From Coriobacteriia bacterium (GTDB lineage Bacteria; Actinomycetota; Coriobacteriia; Anaerosomatales; PALSA-660): a DNA stretch of 63,402 bases. The position numbers and the translations under genes are program-made. Below are positions 58,584 to 63,402 of the stretch, one piece after another. The stretch is from positions 1 through 63,402 of the forward strand of contig JANYKZ010000052.1 of assembly GCA_025361505.1 (NCBI GenBank), given 5' to 3'. Every line of letters begins with the position of its first letter. The stretch's first letter is position 1. The notes beneath the pieces are model-generated. The model did no database searches and was not told where the DNA came from. It saw nothing but the letters and a program-made list of their open reading frames with translations.

Positions 58584-59705
58584 ATGACGCGCCTCTTCGG
58601 CGACGCCTACGCGGCCGTGACCGACCCGTACCTGCGTCGCGCTATCGATCTCGCTGAGCTCGGCCGCGGCTCGACCGCGCCCAATCCCGTCGTGGGGTGC
58701 GTCCTGGTCCGCGACGGAGCGATCGTCGGTGAGGGCTGGCACGAACGCGCCGGCGGTCCGCACGCCGAGGCCGCGGCCCTCAGCGCGGCCGGGTCCGCCG
58801 CCCGCGGCGCGACCGCCTACGTCACCCTCGAGCCGTGCTCCCACGTCGGGCGAACGCCGCCCTGCGCCGACGCCCTCGTCGCGGCCGGGGTCTCCCGGGT
58901 CGTGATCGGCCTCGCGGACCCGAGCCCGCTGGCCGGCGGGGGAGCTGCCGTCCTGCGTCGCGCCGGCGTGGAGGTCGAGTTCGCGCGGGACCCCGCACCT
59001 TTCGCCGCCCTCGACGAGGAGTGGCTCCACCGCGTCGCCACAGGACGGCCGTTCGTGCGGGTGAAGGTAGCTCTGACGTTGGACGGCAGGCCCGCTCTTG
59101 CCGCCGGAGTCCGCAGCGCGCTCACCGGCCAGAGCGCCCGCGAGCTCACGATGCGCCTGCGCGCCGAAGCGGACGCCATCCTGGTCGGCTCCGGCACCGT
59201 CGCGGTCGACGACCCGTCGCTCACCGTGCGCGACGCCGACGGTGCGCTCGCGCCGCGGCAACCACGCCGCTACGTCCTCACCCGCACCGAGCAGCCCTCC
59301 TCCGAGTCCCGCATGTTTCGCGACGCTGCCGGGTCCGTCGGCGTGCTCGTGCCGGATGCCCTCGACTTCGAGCCCGAGCTGCTGGCTGCGGGTGCGCGGT
59401 GCGTCCCGTGGGACGCGTCCGAAGGGCTGACCGGCGCCTTCGAGTCGCTGGCCCGTGACGGCGTCGTCTCCGTGCTCGTCGAGGCGGGTCCCCGCCTCTT
59501 CAGCGCGCTGGTCGCGGCCGGTCTCGTCGACGAGCTCATCGTCCTGCATGCGGGAGGACTCGCCGGCGAGCAGGCGCCCTCGCTCTATGTGGGAGAATCG
59601 CAGGAGGACCCGTCGACGCTGCAGCGCGACTTCCGCGCGACCGGCGCCGGTGTGGTGGGGAGCGACGCCGTGACGGTTTGGCGTCCGCGCCGAGAGGAAT
59701 CGTAG
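58584..59705 (+). CDS. ribD: Bifunctional riboflavin biosynthesis deaminase/reductase
   Basis: Deaminase zinc motifs HAEAAAL and PCSHVGRTPPC, then the reductase domain (VRVKVALTLDGR). Confidence 0.92.
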   Translation: MTRLFGDAYAAVTDPYLRRAIDLAELGRGSTAPNPVVGCVLVRDGAIVGEGWHERAGGPHAEAAALSAAGSAARGATAYVTLEPCSHVGRTPPCADALVAAGVSRVVIGLADPSPLAGGGAAVLRRAGVEVEFARDPAPFAALDEEWLHRVATGRPFVRVKVALTLDGRPALAAGVRSALTGQSARELTMRLRAEADAILVGSGTVAVDDPSLTVRDADGALAPRQPRRYVLTRTEQPSSESRMFRDAAGSVGVLVPDALDFEPELLAAGARCVPWDASEGLTGAFESLARDGVVSVLVEAGPRLFSALVAAGLVDELIVLHAGGLAGEQAPSLYVGESQEDPSTLQRDFRATGAGVVGSDAVTVWRPRREES

Positions 59706-59758
59706 GCAGTAGGGGACGGTCCGTTCTTGCCCGAGTCGCCTGAAGGAGACTGGATCAC

Positions 59759-60430
59759 ATGTTCACCGGGATCATCGAGACCAAAGGTATCGTCGCGCGC
59801 ACGGAGCGCGTCGCCGGCGGCATGCGCCTCGAGCTCTACGCGCCCGACTTCGGCCGTGACATGACCATCGGCGACTCGGTCGCCGTCGACGGCGTGTGCC
59901 TTACCATCGCCAAGTTCCTGCGCGGGTCGTTCGTCGCCGACGTGAGCGACGAGACGGTCCGGCGATCGACCTTGTCCGACCTGCGCCAAGGAGCGAGCGT
60001 CAACCTCGAGCGCGCGCTGCGCCTGTCCGACCGCCTCGGCGGCCACATCGTGACCGGCCACGTGGACGCCGTCGGGACGATCTCCCTGCGCCAGCCCGCG
60101 GGCAACTCCACGCTCTACCGCTTCACAGCCCCTGCGGAGGTCCGCGAGTTCCTGGTCGAGAAGGGCTCCGTCGCCGTGGACGGCATCTCGCTGACAGTCG
60201 CGCGCCTCTTCGACGACGGCTTCGGGGTCTCGGTGCTGCCACTGACGGAGCAGACCACCACGCTCGGCGACAAGCCGAACGGCGGCCGCGTCAACCTCGA
60301 GGCCGACATGTTCGCCAAGTACGTCCAGCGCTACGTCCGCCAGTACATGGGCGTGCCCGAGGCCCGGGACGAGAGTCCCGCCAAGCGCAGCCTCGGCGAC
60401 ATGCTGAAGGACCTCGGTGAGGGCCGATGA
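59759..60430 (+). CDS. ribE: Riboflavin synthase (alpha chain)
   Basis: MFTGIIE..., two lumazine-binding repeats (GDSVAVDGVCLT / GSVAVDGISLT). Confidence 0.92.
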   Translation: MFTGIIETKGIVARTERVAGGMRLELYAPDFGRDMTIGDSVAVDGVCLTIAKFLRGSFVADVSDETVRRSTLSDLRQGASVNLERALRLSDRLGGHIVTGHVDAVGTISLRQPAGNSTLYRFTAPAEVREFLVEKGSVAVDGISLTVARLFDDGFGVSVLPLTEQTTTLGDKPNGGRVNLEADMFAKYVQRYVRQYMGVPEARDESPAKRSLGDMLKDLGEGR

Positions 60431-61680
60431 CGCCGACCGATCCCGTTTTCGCGAGCATCGACGAAGCGATCGAGGAGATCCGCGCGGGGCGGATGCTCAT
60501 CGTCGTCGACGACGAGGACCGGGAGAACGAAGGCGACTTCGTCATGGCGGCCGAGAAGGTGACGCCCGACGACATCAACTTCATGGTCACCAACGGCCGC
60601 GGGCTGGTGTGCGTTCCTCTCTCCGCCGACCGCGTCGAGGCGCTGAAGCTCCCTCCGATGGCACAGACCAACACCTCCGAGCAGGGGACCGCGTTCCACG
60701 TCTCCGTCGGGGCCAAGGGGCTCATCACCACGGGCATCTCCGCCAAGGACCGCGCGGTGACCGTCCACGCGCTGGTCGACCCCGCGACCCGGCCCGAGGA
60801 CCTCTCGATGCCCGGTCACGTCTTCCCGCTGAAGGCCCGTCCCGGCGGCGTGCTCGAGCGCGCGGGTCACACCGAGGCGGCCACCGACCTCGCCCGGATG
60901 GCGGGCCTGGCCCCCGCCGGCGTCATCTGCGAGATCCTCAACGAGGACGGCACGATGGCGCGCCGGCCTCAGCTCGAGGAGGTCGCCAAGCGATTCGGGC
61001 TGAAGATGGTCACCGTCGCCGACCTCATCCGCTACCGCCGCCGCACCGAGGTGCTGGTCGACCGCATCGCCACGGTCAAGATGCCGACGCGCGCCGGAGA
61101 GTTCACCGGCTACGGCTACGAGAGCCGCGTCGACGGCACGACCCACCTGGCCCTCGTCGTCGGCGACGTCGCGCACAGCGAGGATGTGCTCGTGCGCGTG
61201 CACTCAGAGTGCCTCACCGGCGACGTGTTCCACTCGCTGCGCTGCGATTGCGGAGCGCAGCTCGAAGAGGCCATGCGGCGCGTCCAGGCCGAAGGGACCG
61301 GAGTGATCCTCTACATGGTCGGCCACGAGGGCCGCGGCATCGGACTCGCGAACAAGCTGCGCGCCTACGAGCTTCAGGAGGCCGGCGCGGACACGGTCGA
61401 GGCGAACGAGGCCCTGGGCTTCCCGGCCGATCTGCGCGACTACGGCATCGGCGCGCAGATCCTGGTCGATCTCGGAGTCACGACCATGCGCCTCATGACG
61501 AACAACCCCAAGAAGATCAGCGGCATCGAGGGCTACGGCCTGAGGATCACCGAACAGGTGCCGCTCGAGATCTGCGCAGGCCCCGACAACATCGCGTACC
61601 TGCGGACCAAGAAGGACAAGATGAGCCACAGCCTCGACCTGGGCGACGCGGCTCGTGCCGACATGAAGAAGGAGGACTAG
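60427..61680 (+). CDS. ribBA: Bifunctional 3,4-dihydroxy-2-butanone-4-phosphate synthase / GTP cyclohydrolase II
   Basis: ATGA overlap. DDEDRENEGD, HTEA, VRVHSECLTGDVF.SLRCDCG and EGRGIGL motifs. Confidence 0.92.
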   Translation: MTPTDPVFASIDEAIEEIRAGRMLIVVDDEDRENEGDFVMAAEKVTPDDINFMVTNGRGLVCVPLSADRVEALKLPPMAQTNTSEQGTAFHVSVGAKGLITTGISAKDRAVTVHALVDPATRPEDLSMPGHVFPLKARPGGVLERAGHTEAATDLARMAGLAPAGVICEILNEDGTMARRPQLEEVAKRFGLKMVTVADLIRYRRRTEVLVDRIATVKMPTRAGEFTGYGYESRVDGTTHLALVVGDVAHSEDVLVRVHSECLTGDVFHSLRCDCGAQLEEAMRRVQAEGTGVILYMVGHEGRGIGLANKLRAYELQEAGADTVEANEALGFPADLRDYGIGAQILVDLGVTTMRLMTNNPKKISGIEGYGLRITEQVPLEICAGPDNIAYLRTKKDKMSHSLDLGDAARADMKKED

Positions 61681-62142
61681 ATGAGCGTCTTCGAAGGTGA
61701 CCTGATCGGTTCAGGGCTCAAGATCGGTATCGTCGTCAGCCGCTTCAACGAGCTGCTGTCGTCGCGCCTGCTCGGCGGCGCGCTCGACGCGCTGGGACGC
61801 CATGGTATCCCTGAGGAGAGCGTGGACGTGGCCTGGGTCCCGGGCGCGTTCGAGATCCCGCTCGTCGCCCACAAGATGGCCGCGTCGAAGAAGTACGACG
61901 CCGTCATCGCACTCGGCGTGATCATCCGCGGAGCCACCCCGCACTTCGAGTACGTCGCGTCCGAGGTCTCCAAGGGCGTCGCGCATGCCTCGCTCAAGAC
62001 GGGCGTGCCGGTCATGTTCGGCGTCGTCACCGCCGACTCGATCGAGCAGGCCGTGGAGAGAAGCGGCACGAAGCACGGCAACAAGGGCTGGGACGTCGCG
62101 GTGGGCGCCATCGAGATGGCGAACCTGCTCAAGGGCCTCTAG
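61681..62142 (+). CDS. ribH: 6,7-dimethyl-8-ribityllumazine synthase
   Basis: [31 protein letters not shown] and KG.....A motifs. Confidence 0.92.
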   Translation: MSVFEGDLIGSGLKIGIVVSRFNELLSSRLLGGALDALGRHGIPEESVDVAWVPGAFEIPLVAHKMAASKKYDAVIALGVIIRGATPHFEYVASEVSKGVAHASLKTGVPVMFGVVTADSIEQAVERSGTKHGNKGWDVAVGAIEMANLLKGL

Positions 62143-62170
62143 GCCGCCCGGAGGACTCCCGTACACGGCA

Positions 62171-62204
62171 GAAGCCCCGATGCGCACGAGCGCGTCGGGG
62201 CTTC
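62171..62204 (+). terminator. Terminator hairpin after the rib operon
   Basis: GAAGCCCCGA-(14-nt loop)-TCGGGGCTTC followed by CTGCAT. Confidence 0.6.
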
Positions 62205-62478
62205 CTGCATCTCCCGGGAAAGAATCCGGAGGGTCCTCGTCACCCTGTGACTATCGACCTCGGATCCACACCCTTTGCGTCATCGAAGGTCCTCCCCCGA
62301 AGACGTGGGAGCACAAACTAACACGGCGGTGACACTCCGCGCAACGGGTCGTACCTGCATCGCGCCCGACGGGAGCTCAGGCACCCCCGGCGGTACCGAT
62401 GGGGTCTCGGGCGGTCACAGCTTCCCGACGCACGAGTCGGAGGGACCGGACGACGCCCGCATCTCCATCGTCTGTCCA

Positions 62479-62507
62479 TTGCGCGGGGAGCCTCGAACCC
62501 ATATCAT
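62479..62507 (+). promoter_or_regulatory. Candidate sigma-70-type promoter for the Rrf2-nifS operon
   Basis: TTGCGC -N17- TATCAT, ~40 nt upstream of ATG 62549. GGGAGGAGG RBS at 62532-62540. Confidence 0.4.
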
Positions 62508-62548
62508 ACGAAGCCAGTAGGGATTGGATCCGGGAGGAGGCCGATGAC

Positions 62549-62995
62549 ATGCGTCTCACCGCTCGCAGCGAGTACGGACTGCTGGCACTGATCGATCTCG
62601 GCGTCCGTTTCGGCGAAGGCCCGGTGAGCGCGCGCGGCGTCGCCGAACGCCAGGGCATCCCCATGAAGTTCCTCGAGCAGCTGCTCGCGGCTATGCGCAA
62701 GGCGGGCCTCGTGAGCGCCTCCCGCGGCGCGCACGGCGGCTTCACCCTCACGCGCGACCCGTCACAGATCTCGGTCCTCGAGGTCGTCGAGGCGCTCGAG
62801 GGTCCGCTGGCCCCCACGAGCTGTGATGGCGGGCAGCTGTGCGGCCGCAGCGGCGGTTGCGCCGCGGCGAGCGTCTGGTCGAGAGCGACCGAGGCGTTGC
62901 GCGACGTGTTCACCACGACCAGCGTCGGCGACCTGTGCACGCGACAGTCAGCCTTCGATAGTGCGGCGACCGGTACGACGAGAGAGGGAGCCTGA
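62549..62995 (+). CDS. Rrf2-family transcriptional regulator (IscR/NsrR-like, three-Cys cluster motif)
   Basis: Within ORF 62399..62995. MRLTARSEYGLLALIDL....GPVSARGVAERQGIPMKFLEQLLAAMRKAGLVSASRGAHGGFTL wHTH. C-x5-C-x5-C (CDGGQLCGRSGGC). Confidence 0.88.
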   Translation: MRLTARSEYGLLALIDLGVRFGEGPVSARGVAERQGIPMKFLEQLLAAMRKAGLVSASRGAHGGFTLTRDPSQISVLEVVEALEGPLAPTSCDGGQLCGRSGGCAAASVWSRATEALRDVFTTTSVGDLCTRQSAFDSAATGTTREGA

Positions 62996-63000
62996 CCCCT

Positions 63001-63402
63001 ATGAGTGACGCCACCCCGAAGTCCATCTACCTCGACTACGCCGCCACCACGCCGGTGGACGAGCGCGTCGTTGCCGCGATGCTGCCCTTCTTCACGGAAC
63101 ACTACGGCAACCCGAACAGCCTGTACGCGCAGGGCCGCGACGCCTACCGTGCCCTCGAGGCCGCCCGCGAGTCGTTCGCGACGAACATCGGTGCGGCGAA
63201 TCCCGCGGAGGTCATCTTCACGGGCGCCGGGACCGAGGGTGACAACTCCGCGGTCCTCGGGATCGCCCGGGCCGCCAAAGCCCGCGGCAAGGGCGACCAC
63301 GTCATCATCTCGGCCTTCGAGCATCACGCCATCCTGGAGCCCGCGCATCGGCTCGCCAAGGAGGGCTTCGAGGTCACGGAGCTCAAGCCTCGCGCCGACG
63401 GC
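63001..63402 (+). CDS. Cysteine desulfurase (NifS/IscS family), 5' partial, runs off the window
   Basis: ATG 63001; my own translation is MSDATPKSIYLDYAATTPVDERVVAAMLPFFTEHYGNPNSLYAQGRDA...IFTGAGTEGDNSAV...ISAFEHHA. Open to the window end, so it is not in the ORF track because it has no stop. Confidence 0.85.
   Translation, partial: MSDATPKSIYLDYAATTPVDERVVAAMLPFFTEHYGNPNSLYAQGRDAYRALEAARESFATNIGAANPAEVIFTGAGTEGDNSAVLGIARAAKARGKGDHVIISAFEHHAILEPAHRLAKEGFEVTELKPRADG

Overview
High-GC (roughly 65-70% by eye) chromosomal segment with actinobacterial-type gene content and order. This may be a Coriobacteriia-like or other anaerobic Actinomycetota lineage, which is inference only. Most of it is a + strand run of tightly packed housekeeping operons, many translationally coupled through ATGA/GTGA start-stop overlaps. 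In order: a small accessory block (NHL propeller, Rieske, DinB, G1 peptidase, MASE1-PAS-HD-GYP); two cold-shock genes; an ABC-F ATPase; an 11-gene nuo operon (nuoABCDHIJKLMN, no nuoEFG); deoB-pdp; a DHH-CBS-CCA-type nucleotidyltransferase; an M50 protease; trpS; scpAB-rluB; a cobalamin-riboswitch-controlled btuFCD-cobUTSC salvage operon; hisC-aroF-tyrA-aroA; cmk-plsC-ispH-DUF512-der-plsY-gpsA-rpe; an FMN-riboswitch-controlled ribD-ribE-ribBA-ribH operon; and an Rrf2 regulator with the 5' part of a cysteine desulfurase. Five minus-strand genes interrupt this: a secreted Ig-like protein, cspA, a repeat-rich surface protein, a baeRF-like protein and a BspA-type LRR protein. The most unusual feature is the nuoI position. 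It holds one 685-aa ORF in which a canonical NuoI N-terminus and its 2x[4Fe-4S] core are separated by a ~470-aa GltD/NfnB-like NAD(P)H-FAD-FeS oxidoreductase module, in an operon that lacks the NuoEFG input module. No transposase, integrase, CRISPR array, rRNA or convincing tRNA gene was seen. All calls rest on reading the translations and sequence by eye; no database search was run.
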